Source of the DNA: Alkalispirochaeta sp.
GTDB taxonomy: Bacteria; Spirochaetota; Spirochaetia; DSM-27196; Alkalispirochaetaceae
DNA length: 64,000 nucleotides
Direction of reading: 5' to 3'
NCBI GenBank assembly: GCA_965601925.1
Contig: OZ271854.1
Location: 2,496,001 to 2,560,000 of the forward strand
Shown: piece after piece, positions 38,377 to 49,588 of the stretch
Layout of the letters: the number at the start of each line of letters is the position of its first letter
Position numbering within the stretch: the first letter of the stretch is position 1
The notes under the pieces: generated by a model
What the model saw: only the letters and a program-made list of their open reading frames with translations
Databases searched by the model: none
What the model was told of the DNA's origin: nothing
Position numbers and translations under genes: made by a program

Positions 38377-39015
38377 CTAATCGTCGATCTCGGCAAGGGG
38401 TACAACGATACGGTGGCGCGTTACACGACCTGACGATAGGCTGGTAATCGGAAGGGTTATGCGCGCCCTCCCTTCGGCAGGAAATCGACGACCGCGAAAG
38501 ACCGCCAACCCGAACGCAACGCCGCTTTTTTCTAGGGGTGAGCGTGTGACAAGCTCGCGATTGATAAGACGATTAAACCTTTCGCGACTAAAACCCGTTA
38601 TATCATCGTAAATGGCTGTTCCTTGCCAAAATCGACGTAATTCGGAGGGGGTCGACGCCATATAACTTCGATCGCCGAACGAGAGCTCAATTTCGCTCGT
38701 ATCGATGATCGCTCCCGGTTCGGTCGTCTCGACGTTGAGCTCAAAGACCATAAACTCCGCCGGCGTGAAGAGCATCCACGGCGCGACAAACGGTATTACG
38801 CGCTCGGTGTAACGGGCCTCTATCTCATTGCGGGAAAGATAGCGCGCCGTAATGGTGACCTCGTCGTTCACCTCCACAACGGCGCCGCCGCTCGAACGCA
38901 CGGGTGCGGTTACGCAACCTGACAGCATGATGAGGGCAAACGCGACGGACGCCGTGCATCTGCCGAGCCTCCGCGGTCGGTCGGGATTAGTCTTGGGTTT
39001 GAGTGTACAATACAA
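38377..39015 (-). CDS. Hypothetical lipoprotein
   Basis: SVAFALIMLSGC lipobox-like segment; best start is TTG 39015 preceded by GAGGAGG, overlapping the upstream gene end. Confidence 0.6.
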   Translation of the reverse strand: MYCTLKPKTNPDRPRRLGRCTASVAFALIMLSGCVTAPVRSSGGAVVEVNDEVTITARYLSRNEIEARYTERVIPFVAPWMLFTPAEFMVFELNVETTEPGAIIDTSEIELSFGDRSYMASTPSELRRFWQGTAIYDDITGFSRERFNRLINRELVTRSPLEKSGVAFGLAVFRGRRFPAEGRARITLPITSLSSGRVTRHRIVVPLAEIDD

Positions 39016-39691
39016 GAAATTCCTCCTCGGTCGTGGTGATACCCCACGGAAACAATAGATTTGATGTTGCGCTATCGATACCGGGAACGTAGTTGTCCGG
39101 GTTGAACACATAGGACTGCACGGAAAGTTGCCTATCGGGAGCTGCATCCGCCTCCCGTAGGAATAGAAGCCACGCTTGATCCCCGTGATTTGAGATGGCC
39201 CAGGCGGAGAATCCTTGGATCGCCCGCCGCCGTATCTCCATCGATATCGACTGGAGATTGAATCGCGTCGTTGCCAGTCCCCAGTCGAGTACCGGGATCT
39301 CAGTTCGTACCAGGAGCAGCGTGACGCCGTCGGCGTGGCTCGCCATCCCCATCGGAACGTATCCCGCCTCCAATAAGGCGTTCATCTCTCCTCCCAGACC
39401 GTTCATATCGGTTATCGTATGGAGCGAGACCTCGGAGATCGGCGTGTTTATGTTTTGGGTGTACATCACCATCACCGGTCGACCCGGTGCATGTTCCAAC
39501 CCCACCGGTAGATAACCCGCCTCTACCCACTGGGAGATTTCCACCGTTGCCTCTTCAATGTCTTGACTGTGAACTTGCAGTTCCCAAACTCGGATCGCGA
39601 CAGTTTGTGACCACAGAGTTGCGCTGCACCCGAAGATCAACGCGATTACAATAATTGCGGTGCGAGTAGCCTTTGTATGCACGTGTTTCAT
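38987..39691 (-). CDS. Secreted protein made of four about 50-aa tandem repeats
   Basis: GAGGT RBS, signal peptide ending LWSQ; repeated G[YF].P.G/A core (GYLPVGL, GYVPMGM, GFSAWAI, LFPWGI). Confidence 0.7.
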   Translation of the reverse strand: MKHVHTKATRTAIIVIALIFGCSATLWSQTVAIRVWELQVHSQDIEEATVEISQWVEAGYLPVGLEHAPGRPVMVMYTQNINTPISEVSLHTITDMNGLGGEMNALLEAGYVPMGMASHADGVTLLLVRTEIPVLDWGLATTRFNLQSISMEIRRRAIQGFSAWAISNHGDQAWLLFLREADAAPDRQLSVQSYVFNPDNYVPGIDSATSNLLFPWGITTTEEEFLVLYTQTQD

Positions 39692-39873
39692 TTGATACCT
39701 CGCATACCATACGCTATCACGATAGCCCGGTCTGCTCCAAGCAAACGCCGTCACTCCGTTTGGTCTCGATAGACGGTCATGTATCTTTTCCACGAAATGA
39801 AGCGTAAATAGAAGCATCGTGCCCCTCGCGGCGGTAATGGTGAGTGAAACCAATCTTCTAAAGGAGGAGTCGC

Positions 39874-40344
39874 ATGAACGACCTCAACTCGATCATTGTC
39901 GAAGGGAACCTCACCCGCGATCCGGTGCTGTCGACGACGCCGAACGATGTATCGGTGTGTAATTTTTCAATAGGGAGTCACCATATGTACAAGAAGGGGG
40001 ACAAGCAACACACCGAGACGTCGTTCCTCGACGTTGAAGTCTGGTCCAAGCTTGGAGAGAACTGCGCCGAGTACCTGCGGAAAGGACGTGGAGTACGAGT
40101 CGTCGGGCGACTTAAGCAGGATCGGTGGAAGGATGGCGAGGGTAAGTCGCGCTCGCGCCTCAAAATTGTCGCCGAGCACGTTGAGTTTCGTACGATGAAG
40201 CGTAAAGTCCAAGAGGACGAGACGGAACGCGATAAGGCGGAAGAGCTTGAGGGCGTCGTCGTATCCGATCCGGTCCCCGCCGGCGATCCGCATCCCTCCG
40301 TTGCGCGGGTGAACCAAGCGACCGAAGAGCTCAGCGTTTTATGA
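39874..40344 (+). CDS. ssb: Single-stranded DNA-binding protein (non-canonical C-terminus)
   Basis: LNSIIVEGNLTRDP, FLDVEVW, YLRKGRGVRVVGRLKQDRW, KIVAEHVEF; AAGGAGGAG RBS. Confidence 0.92.
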   Translation: MNDLNSIIVEGNLTRDPVLSTTPNDVSVCNFSIGSHHMYKKGDKQHTETSFLDVEVWSKLGENCAEYLRKGRGVRVVGRLKQDRWKDGEGKSRSRLKIVAEHVEFRTMKRKVQEDETERDKAEELEGVVVSDPVPAGDPHPSVARVNQATEELSVL

Positions 40345-40359
40345 GTCCATTGGTAATGC

Positions 40360-40389
40360 TTGACGTAATCCGGTGCGCCGAGATATTGT
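40360..40389 (+). promoter_or_regulatory. trp operon promoter
   Basis: TTGACG 40360-40365, 18 nt, TATTGT 40384-40389. Confidence 0.6.
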
Positions 40390-40404
40390 AGTGACGTGCA
40401 GCAG

Positions 40405-40467
40405 ATGGAAAAGAGCCGTACTGCATACAGTTCTCCGGTGACATTTCAATGGTGGTGGGCCGTATAG
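40405..40467 (+). CDS. trpL: trp operon leader peptide MEKSRTAYSSPVTFQWWWAV
   Basis: 20-codon ORF with TGG TGG TGG at 40450-40458 directly upstream of attenuator hairpins and trpE; in-frame GTG at 40396 is an alternative start. Confidence 0.9.
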   Translation: MEKSRTAYSSPVTFQWWWAV

Positions 40468-40469
40468 AT

Positions 40470-40555
40470 CGGTCCGCACCACAATAGTAATGAGCGGACC
40501 GTCGTGTATGGTCCGCGGTTATGAAGAAGAAGCCGCGTGTATACGCGGCTTTTTT
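40470..40555 (+). promoter_or_regulatory. trp transcription attenuator with intrinsic terminator
   Basis: Mutually exclusive segments CGGTCCGC 40470-77, GCGGACCG 40494-501, GGTCCGCGGTT 40510-20; terminator AGCCGCGT-GTAT-ACGCGGCT-TTTTT 40531-40555. Confidence 0.88.
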
Positions 40556-40652
40556 ATTGTCCAAAGAGGCAGATGGATAGTGCCTTTCGGGTGTATATGG
40601 CGATTGATGTTTCAATGAGCACGGGGAGCCAAAGGATCTTTCAGGAGGGATA

Positions 40653-42055
40653 ATGGCTGAACGCAATCAGGTGATCAAGGTCTTGTCTGGAGAGCGGTTC
40701 ACTCCGTATACCCTTGCGCGCAAGTTTCAGGCGCGGGCGGTACTGGAATCGGCGACGTTCAACGGTGGTCGTGCACGCTATTCTCTGCTCATGGTGCGCG
40801 AGGCGTTTCGCCTCTTTCAGCGGGATGATGCGGTGTTTTTTGACGACGGCGAGACACAGTATCGGGTCAAAAGCGATGCGCGGGACATCCTCGATGTCCT
40901 TGCATACTTCGCCGATCAGCATCGCCCCACCCAACAGGACTTTCCCTTCCCGTCGGGGGGGATCGGCTATCTGTCCTATGAGTTTGCGAGGTTTTGCGAC
41001 ACGATCCATTTTCGGGATCGCCCCGATCCTACCGGCCTCCCCGACGCACTGTTCATCTTCGGGCACGTTTTAATCGTCTTCGATCATTATAGCGATCTGC
41101 TCTATCTGATCGGACTCAACTATCGCGAGCATTCCATCGATCTGGATAAAGCTATTGCCGAGACCGAGGAGGCGATCCACGATCTTAACTTCAACTATAT
41201 GCAGGCGACTACGGAGACCTACCGGACGGAAATCGTGCACGACCCCGACGATCGTGAGCGCTTCGAACGTGGGGTGCTGAAGGTGAAAGAGGAAATCGTC
41301 GCCGGAAATCTTCTCCAAGGCGTTCTTTCGCGTCGTCTGAACGTACGCACGGGCATGCCGGCTCTAGAGGCGTATCGTCGTCTGCGTTCATCCAACCCCG
41401 CGCCGTATCTGGTGTATCTCGATTTCGGCGAGTTCCAGCTCTTCGCAGCTTCTCCCGAAATGCACGTTCGCGTCAAAAATGGTCGTGCCGCTATGCGTCC
41501 GATCGCCGGGACGAGGCGGCGCGGCGCAACCGACGAAGAGGACACGGCGTTGGAACGAGAGCTGTTGGCCGACGAGAAGGAGCGCGCGGAACATCTCATG
41601 CTCGTCGACCTTGCAAGGAACGATCTCGGGCGCGTCTGCATACCTGGAACGGTCGAAGTGACCGAGTCCTACGCCGTCGAGCGCTATTCCAGAGTGATGC
41701 ACATTGTGAGTCAGACGGAGGGGCGGCTCATGGAGGGTAAATCGGGCCTCGACGCCCTTCGCGCGACGTTTCCCGCCGGGACATTGAGCGGAGCGCCGAA
41801 GATACGCGCGATAGAGACGATCGATCGTATTGAGGCGGTGCGTCGCGGCTTTTACGGGGGCGTGGTGGCCTATGTGGAGCCGGGCGGCAATCTCGACAGT
41901 TGTATTACGATTCGCTCGGGGTTGCGGCGCGGCGATGAATTGATTCTTCACGCCGGGGCGGGAATTGTGCACGACTCCTCTCCCGAGAGAGAGTTCGAAG
42001 AGACGAACGAGAAGTTGGCGGCTCTGGTACGAGCCGTCGGACTGGAGGACGACGC

Positions 42056-42059
<4 letters not shown>
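40653..42059 (+). CDS. trpE: Anthranilate synthase component I
   Basis: LLES-like VLESA, GGIGYLSYE, NPAPY, ASPE, RPIAGTRRRG, KERAEHLMLVDLARND, FPAGTLSGAPKIRA, AGAGIV. Confidence 0.95.
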
Positions 42060-43766
<1,707 letters not shown>

Positions 43767-43777
<11 letters not shown>

Positions 43778-45407
43778 TGTTCTGCGTCGCATCGTCGACC
43801 GACGGAAAGAGCGACTGCTTCGAGAGGGATATACCCAAGGACTCAGCATTCCCGCTGCGCGCCCTCGGGAGGTGCCGGTGCGCCCATTTCCCACTCCCCT
43901 CATTTGCGAGTTCAAGAGACGCAGCCCATCTCGTGGAGCCCTTGCCGGGGACGCGGACCCCGTGACGCGCGTCGGTACCTACCGTGACGCCGGCGTACAG
44001 TCGGTAAGCGTACTCACCGAGCAAGATCATTTTCACGGCTCTCTCGCCGATCTCGTGGCCGTGAAACGGGCCTTTCCGGATCTCGCGGTCCTGAGAAAGG
44101 ATTTCCTGTTTACCGAGGAGGACATCGAAGTCTCATGGCGCGCCGGTGCGGATGCCGTACTCCTGATCGCGAGTATCCTCTCTCCCGAGACGCTTGTCGC
44201 ACTTACGGCCGCGGCGACGGCCAGGGGCCTCGCGGCACTTGTGGAGGTCCACGATCGCGCCGAACTCGAAAAGGTGCGGGAACTGAAACCGAGGCTCGTG
44301 GGTATTAACAGTCGCGATCTTCGCACCTTTCGCGTCGATCTGCTCTCGCCGTTGTCGTTGGCGCGTGCAATCGATTGGGATGCCCGTCTTGTATTCGAAT
44401 CGGGTATCTTCCATCGTGAGGATGTGCTGCTCGCCAATGACGGCGGCTTCTCCTCACTGCTCGTCGGCGAGGCGGTCGTTACAAATCCCGAGAGAATCCG
44501 CGCGTTACAGGGCGCGTTGCGAAGCGTTCCCTCGGAGCTGCGACGCGGAAGGGAGGATCGCTCCGACGGCTCGAGGAGCTCCTTTTGGCCGACCATTGCA
44601 GTACGACGTGAAAAGATCGACCGGAGCGAAACACACGGTGAATCGCCGACTCGGTCCGATCGAGTCGGCCCGCGCGTCGTACGCAACGGCGGCGACGGCG
44701 CCGCCTACGCTCCACTCGTCAAGATTTGCGGCATCACCAATCGAGAAGACGCTGAGCGCGCTCGCGATCTCGGCGCCGACGTACTCGGTCTGGTCTACGC
44801 CCGCTCTGTAAGGAGCGCACGGCGCGGACTCGCCGCGGAACTTGCACGCGATATCGGCGTCCCGCTCGTCGGAGTCGTGGTGGAGCCCGACGAAAGCGGA
44901 GACGGGGATGCGGAGAACGCATCTCTGCTTGTCGAGGCACTTCGCGACCTCTCGGCGGGCCACCTATCGGCGTTACAGTTACACGGCGGCGCGGGACCGG
45001 AGAAGGCCCTGGATTACGGCTGGCCGTACTACAAAGCGGTGCGACCGGCAACGAGTGATGAAGCGCGCGCTGCGGTTCTGGCGGCTCGCGGTCCGCGCCT
45101 CTTGGTAGACGCGTATCATCCCGCGTTGGCCGGCGGAACGGGGGTACCGGTCGGTGAGCTCATCCTTGATGCGGTCGCGGAGGCGCTCCAAGAACGGCCT
45201 CACGGCGCCCTCTGGCTCGCCGGTGGATTGGGGGCCGAGACGGTGTACGATGCAATCGTGCGTCGCCGACCGGAGTTGATCGACGCCTCCAGTAGGTTAG
45301 AGGCCGAACCGGGAAAAAAGGACCATGAGGCTATGGAGCGGTTTTTCGCGGCCGTCACCGAGGCGGCGATTCACGTGCGGCGCACACAAAAGGAGAGGGC
45401 GACGTGA
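43767..45407 (+). CDS. trpC: Fused indole-3-glycerol-phosphate synthase / phosphoribosylanthranilate isomerase (TrpC-TrpF)
   Basis: EFKRRSPSRG, SVLTE..F.GS, LRKDF, VEVH, GINSRDL, ESGI then VKICGIT, LQLHG, GGTG, LAGGL, DASS.LE..PG.KD. Confidence 0.93.
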
Positions 45408-46642
45408 GAGAGGGATATTTCGGCGAGTTCGGCGGGCGATATGTGGCTGAGGTGTTGAGAGGCCCCTTGGATGATTTGGACGATGCATTTCGTATCGCCC
45501 GGGGAGACGAGTCATTTTGGAATGAGTTTCGCGCGATCCATGACGAGTACACCGGACGTCCGACGCCCCTTTTATTCGCCGAGAACAGCACGCGAGAGCT
45601 CGGCGGTGCGCGATTGTACATCAAACTGGAGGGGCTCGCGAACACCGGCGCGCACAAGATCAACAACGCAATCGGGCAAGCGCTCCTCGCCCGGCGCATG
45701 GGAAAGCGGCGTATTATCGCCGAGACCGGCGCGGGCCAGCACGGCCTCGCCACCGCCGCGGTGTGTGCAAAACTCGGACTCGACTGCACGATCTATATGG
45801 GCGAGGTCGACATTGCGCGGCAACGTCCCAATGTCTTTATGATGGAACTATTCGGTGCCGATGTCGTCCCCGTCGCATCGGGGTCGCGCACGCTTAAGGA
45901 CGCCGTCAATGAGGCGCTCAGAGACTGGGCCGCGATGTCGCGCGAGACACACTACATCATCGGTTCCGCCCTTGGCCCGTCGCCGTATCCGGATATGGTT
46001 CGCGAGTTTCAATCGGTCATCGGGCGTGAACTTCAGGAGCAACTGACGGCGCGCGGTGTGGAGCCGACGGCGTTGGTTGCCTGCGTGGGAGGGGGGTCCA
46101 ACGCGATCGGGTTTTTCGCACCTTTTCTCGATGCGACCGGTCCGCGTCTTGTCGGGGTTGAAGCGGGAGGCAGAGCGATTGAACGGGGGATGCACGCCGC
46201 GCGCATGAATGGACTCGGGCGCACGGGGATCGTGCAGGGGTACAAGTCGCTCTTTCTCTTGGACGACGACGGGCAGGTCGAGGCGACGCACTCGGTCTCG
46301 GCGGGGCTGGACTATCCGGGTATCGGGCCGCAGCTCGCCCATCTGGGAGAGTTGGGACGCGTCGAGTTTCGCACCTCGTCCGACTCCCAGGCGTTGGAGG
46401 CGTTGCGTTTTTTTGCGCGGAATGAAGGTATCGTATTCGCATTGGAGTCGGCTCACGGCGGCTATCAGGGGATGGAGCTCGCCCGCAGCTTAGGACCTGA
46501 GGCGACGGTCGTCGTGAACATGAGTGGGCGTGGAGACAAGGATCTGTTCATCACTGCGCGGGAGCTTACTCCGGAACCGTGGAGAGAGTTCTTGGTTGCC
46601 GAGGCCGCACGCATCGACAACGCGAAGGAGATGTCTCGATGA
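45404..46642 (+). CDS. trpB: Tryptophan synthase beta chain
   Basis: GYFGEFGG.YV.E, TGAHKINN, AETGAGQHG, CVGGGSNA, SAGLDYPGIGP, SGRGDKD. Confidence 0.97.
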   Translation: MREGYFGEFGGRYVAEVLRGPLDDLDDAFRIARGDESFWNEFRAIHDEYTGRPTPLLFAENSTRELGGARLYIKLEGLANTGAHKINNAIGQALLARRMGKRRIIAETGAGQHGLATAAVCAKLGLDCTIYMGEVDIARQRPNVFMMELFGADVVPVASGSRTLKDAVNEALRDWAAMSRETHYIIGSALGPSPYPDMVREFQSVIGRELQEQLTARGVEPTALVACVGGGSNAIGFFAPFLDATGPRLVGVEAGGRAIERGMHAARMNGLGRTGIVQGYKSLFLLDDDGQVEATHSVSAGLDYPGIGPQLAHLGELGRVEFRTSSDSQALEALRFFARNEGIVFALESAHGGYQGMELARSLGPEATVVVNMSGRGDKDLFITARELTPEPWREFLVAEAARIDNAKEMSR

Positions 46643-47388
46643 CCGCGCCGATCATGGCCCACATGATTCCCTACTATCCCGACCTCGAACGGAGCCGCTC
46701 CGTCGCGCGGGCGCTCATCGACGGAGGCGTGGCCTATCTCGAGATTCAGTTTCCCTACAGCGATCCGACCGCCGACGGTCCGGCAATTCAGGAGGCGTGC
46801 GCAACTGCGTTGTCGAGTGGGTTTCGCGTCTCCTCGGGATGGGAGTTTATCCGGCGCCTCACCTCAACGACGGAGCGGTGCCCACCGATTTTTCTCATGA
46901 GCTACGCGGGGCTGGTCTACGCCTACGGAGTCGAGCGGTTTGTCGAGAAGGCCGCCTCTTTGGGCGTGACCGCATTGATTGTTCCCGACTTGCCCGTGGA
47001 TTCCGACGAGGGCCTACTGGCGGCTGGGAGACGGCATGAAGTAGAGATCGTCCCGGTAATCGCCTTCGGAGCGCATCCCGAACGTGTGCGGTTGGTGCTG
47101 GACGCCGGCACACGCTATCTGTACGCGTCGCTTCGCCGTGGCACTACTGGATCGCCGACGGAGATCGGCGAGGAGAATATCACATTTATCGAGGAGCTCG
47201 GAAAAGGAGGCGCAGCGGTAATGGCCGGTTTCGGCATCGTGACGGCAGATCAGGTCAAAACCGTGACGACGTACGCCCATGCTGCGGTCATCGGCTCCGC
47301 CTTTGTGCGCTGCGTTCGGAGTACGGTAGGCGATCCGTATGAGGCGGTCCTGTCGCTCGCGAAGGAGCTCCGCGGCATCGATCGATAG
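46639..47388 (+). CDS. trpA: Tryptophan synthase alpha chain
   Basis: ATGA overlap with trpB; LEIQFPYSDPTADGPAIQ, IVPDLP, GTTG, AGFGI, VIGSA. Confidence 0.95.
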   Translation: MTAPIMAHMIPYYPDLERSRSVARALIDGGVAYLEIQFPYSDPTADGPAIQEACATALSSGFRVSSGWEFIRRLTSTTERCPPIFLMSYAGLVYAYGVERFVEKAASLGVTALIVPDLPVDSDEGLLAAGRRHEVEIVPVIAFGAHPERVRLVLDAGTRYLYASLRRGTTGSPTEIGEENITFIEELGKGGAAVMAGFGIVTADQVKTVTTYAHAAVIGSAFVRCVRSTVGDPYEAVLSLAKELRGIDR

Positions 47389-47427
47389 TACCGAGCGCTA
47401 CGGGTTCGCCGATCCTCATCGTGCGAG

Positions 47428-47456
47428 TTGACCCTGTGCGTTCGGTCGCGTACTGT
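47428..47456 (+). promoter_or_regulatory. sigma70-type promoter of trxA (leaderless geometry)
   Basis: TTGACC 47428-47433, 17 nt, TACTGT 47451-47456, 7 nt, ATG 47464. Confidence 0.6.
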
Positions 47457-47463
47457 AGGACGT

Positions 47464-47784
47464 ATGGAATTAGACGTCACGAGTGACAACTTTGAAAGTG
47501 CCGTGGTGAAATCCGATGTGCCGGTTCTGATCGATTTTTGGGCGGACTGGTGCATGCCGTGTAAAATGATCGAGCCTATCGTCGAAGAACTTGCCGCCGA
47601 GTACGACGGGCGTCTTGTTGTGGGGCGTCTGAACGTCGACGAACAGGCGGAACTCGCCGCGCGCTACGATATCGTGAGTATTCCCTCGTTGCTCATGTTT
47701 AAAGACGGTGAGGTGGCCGACCGCCACGTGGGAGCGGCTCCCCGAGAGACGTTGGTCGAATTTATCCAAAACCACGTGGAGTAG
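47464..47784 (+). CDS. trxA: Thioredoxin
   Basis: VLIDFWADWCMPCKMI, SIPSLLMFKDG. Confidence 0.95.
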   Translation: MELDVTSDNFESAVVKSDVPVLIDFWADWCMPCKMIEPIVEELAAEYDGRLVVGRLNVDEQAELAARYDIVSIPSLLMFKDGEVADRHVGAAPRETLVEFIQNHVE

Positions 47785-47820
47785 TCCGCAGTATTCCGAG
47801 GTGCGCCGGGTTAATGCATC

Positions 47821-48849
47821 TCACCGCTGATATGTCTCGTCGGTGTTGGTGTACCCCGGCGAGGCGCTGCTCGTCGGGCCGATGTGCCAATCAAGAGCGG
47901 TGTCGGTATCCCGACCATCGTTGTTACGGTTGAGCGAGCGTGTCGCCGTGCTATCCTTAGGATCGATTCCGTCCTCCGGTATGACTTCCGCTCCGTCGAT
48001 CTCCCACGCGCCCGCCTCGACGACCTCCTCGAACATATCCACCTGTGACGCCAGACCGAATCCGCGCAATGGACTATCGGGGTCGTAGCGCCTGGTAGTG
48101 TACAGCACGGCGTCGACGATGGGACCGTCGGGATACGGGGTAATCGATAGCGCTCCGGTGGAGTTGGGAATGCCGTCTCCTCCCTCGACCCAGAAGTCCC
48201 ACGCCTCGGGGTGACTATCGCGTCCCCCGCTCTCGTCGCGACGTTCCGTTTCGTCGATCTCTTCGGGAATCGCCTCCGGTTTGAAGTGAACGATGACGTA
48301 ATCGTCCGCCTCGACCGACACATCGGGAAAGACGAAGCGGCTGTCCCACGTACCGGGGCTCCCTTCATAGAGTGTAAGGCCGCCCAGATTGCCCGCCGCC
48401 AATACACGAAGCTCAACCCAGTCGGGGCGGGTTCCCGAGCCTTCGCAGACAAACTCGTTGATGAGGACCGGCGGAAGCTCCTCGTTGAGCCCGTATACCG
48501 AGACCACGATCGACGAAATGTTCCCCGACTCGTCCGCTACCACCGCATCTATCCAGTACTCGGCACCCGGCTTGAGCTCGCTGTCGGTATGCAGGTGGAG
48601 CTCGCCCTCTCGCCATTGGGACGAGACAATCTCCCTGTCGGGCGTAATGAAGGCGCGCTTCAACTCCACCGTCTCGTCAAATTCGAGCGCGACGACTGCG
48701 GGCGAACGGGCGAAGACACCCGTGAGGATCGGTGAGGACCAATCGCCGTCTATCATGTTCGGAAGCTCCGGGACGGCCGAGCAACCGATATTGCAAAGGA
48801 TTACCGAGAGTGATATCGTCATCGCCGATACGGAGCGCCGTCGAATCAT
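47821..48849 (-). CDS. Lipoprotein with Ig-like and lamin-tail-like domains
   Basis: GAGGAGG RBS, ILCNIGC lipobox-like, VLINEF...DWVELRV...GNLGGLTL lamin-tail pattern, C-terminal SPGY.N. Confidence 0.72.
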   Translation of the reverse strand: MIRRRSVSAMTISLSVILCNIGCSAVPELPNMIDGDWSSPILTGVFARSPAVVALEFDETVELKRAFITPDREIVSSQWREGELHLHTDSELKPGAEYWIDAVVADESGNISSIVVSVYGLNEELPPVLINEFVCEGSGTRPDWVELRVLAAGNLGGLTLYEGSPGTWDSRFVFPDVSVEADDYVIVHFKPEAIPEEIDETERRDESGGRDSHPEAWDFWVEGGDGIPNSTGALSITPYPDGPIVDAVLYTTRRYDPDSPLRGFGLASQVDMFEEVVEAGAWEIDGAEVIPEDGIDPKDSTATRSLNRNNDGRDTDTALDWHIGPTSSASPGYTNTDETYQR

Positions 48850-48961
48850 GGGGAACCTCCTCTCTTTACCGTTACAGCGGCCGGAGGCGTGACGCTTCGT
48901 TTGCGGTCCGGTTGCGGTCCGCCGAGGGCGGGGCTATACTTCCGCTCAATGGAGAACAAAA

Positions 48962-49582
48962 TTGTCGGATAACCCGCTATTCGAGAAATACGGACAGACG
49001 GTCCGAGACGGAACGGTGCTCTTTCAAGAGGGCGACTCCGGCGACAAAATGTATATCATTCAGTCCGGAACGGTAAAAATAACGAAGACGATTGCGGGCA
49101 GGCAGCACCTTTTGGCGGAGTTGACGAAGGGCGATTTTTTCGGTGAGATGGCGATCGTCTCGCTCACCGCGCGTTCAGCGACGGCAACCGCATCGGGCGC
49201 GACGGAGCTCCTTACCTTCGACCGCCAGGGGTTCGAGGCCATGATCGGCAAAAATACCAAGATCGCCATGAACGTCATCGACAAGTTGTCGAGGCGCCTT
49301 CAAAATGCCAACGCTCAGATTCAACAGCTCGTCCGACGAAACGAGCGCAGCATGGTGGCGCTTAACCTGTATAATCGTTTCATGGAATGCAAGTCCGCAG
49401 AGAAGACGTTGACCTTCGGTAAAACCGTAGAGATGATCGCCCTCGACCTCCAGTGTCCCAGGGACTTGGTGTCGGATACGCTCTACGAGTTCGATCGGAT
49501 GGACATCTGTAAAGTCGACGGCAACGCGCTACATTTGAAAGACAAAAAACGGCTGGTCGCACTCGCCAGCGTGGAGGATTAA
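48962..49582 (+). CDS. Crp/Fnr-family cyclic-nucleotide-binding protein
   Basis: LFQEGDSGDKMYIIQSGTV, GDFFGEMAI...RSATA; TTG start after GGAG; TATACT upstream. Confidence 0.88.
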   Translation: MSDNPLFEKYGQTVRDGTVLFQEGDSGDKMYIIQSGTVKITKTIAGRQHLLAELTKGDFFGEMAIVSLTARSATATASGATELLTFDRQGFEAMIGKNTKIAMNVIDKLSRRLQNANAQIQQLVRRNERSMVALNLYNRFMECKSAEKTLTFGKTVEMIALDLQCPRDLVSDTLYEFDRMDICKVDGNALHLKDKKRLVALASVED

Positions 49583-49588
49583 CCACTC

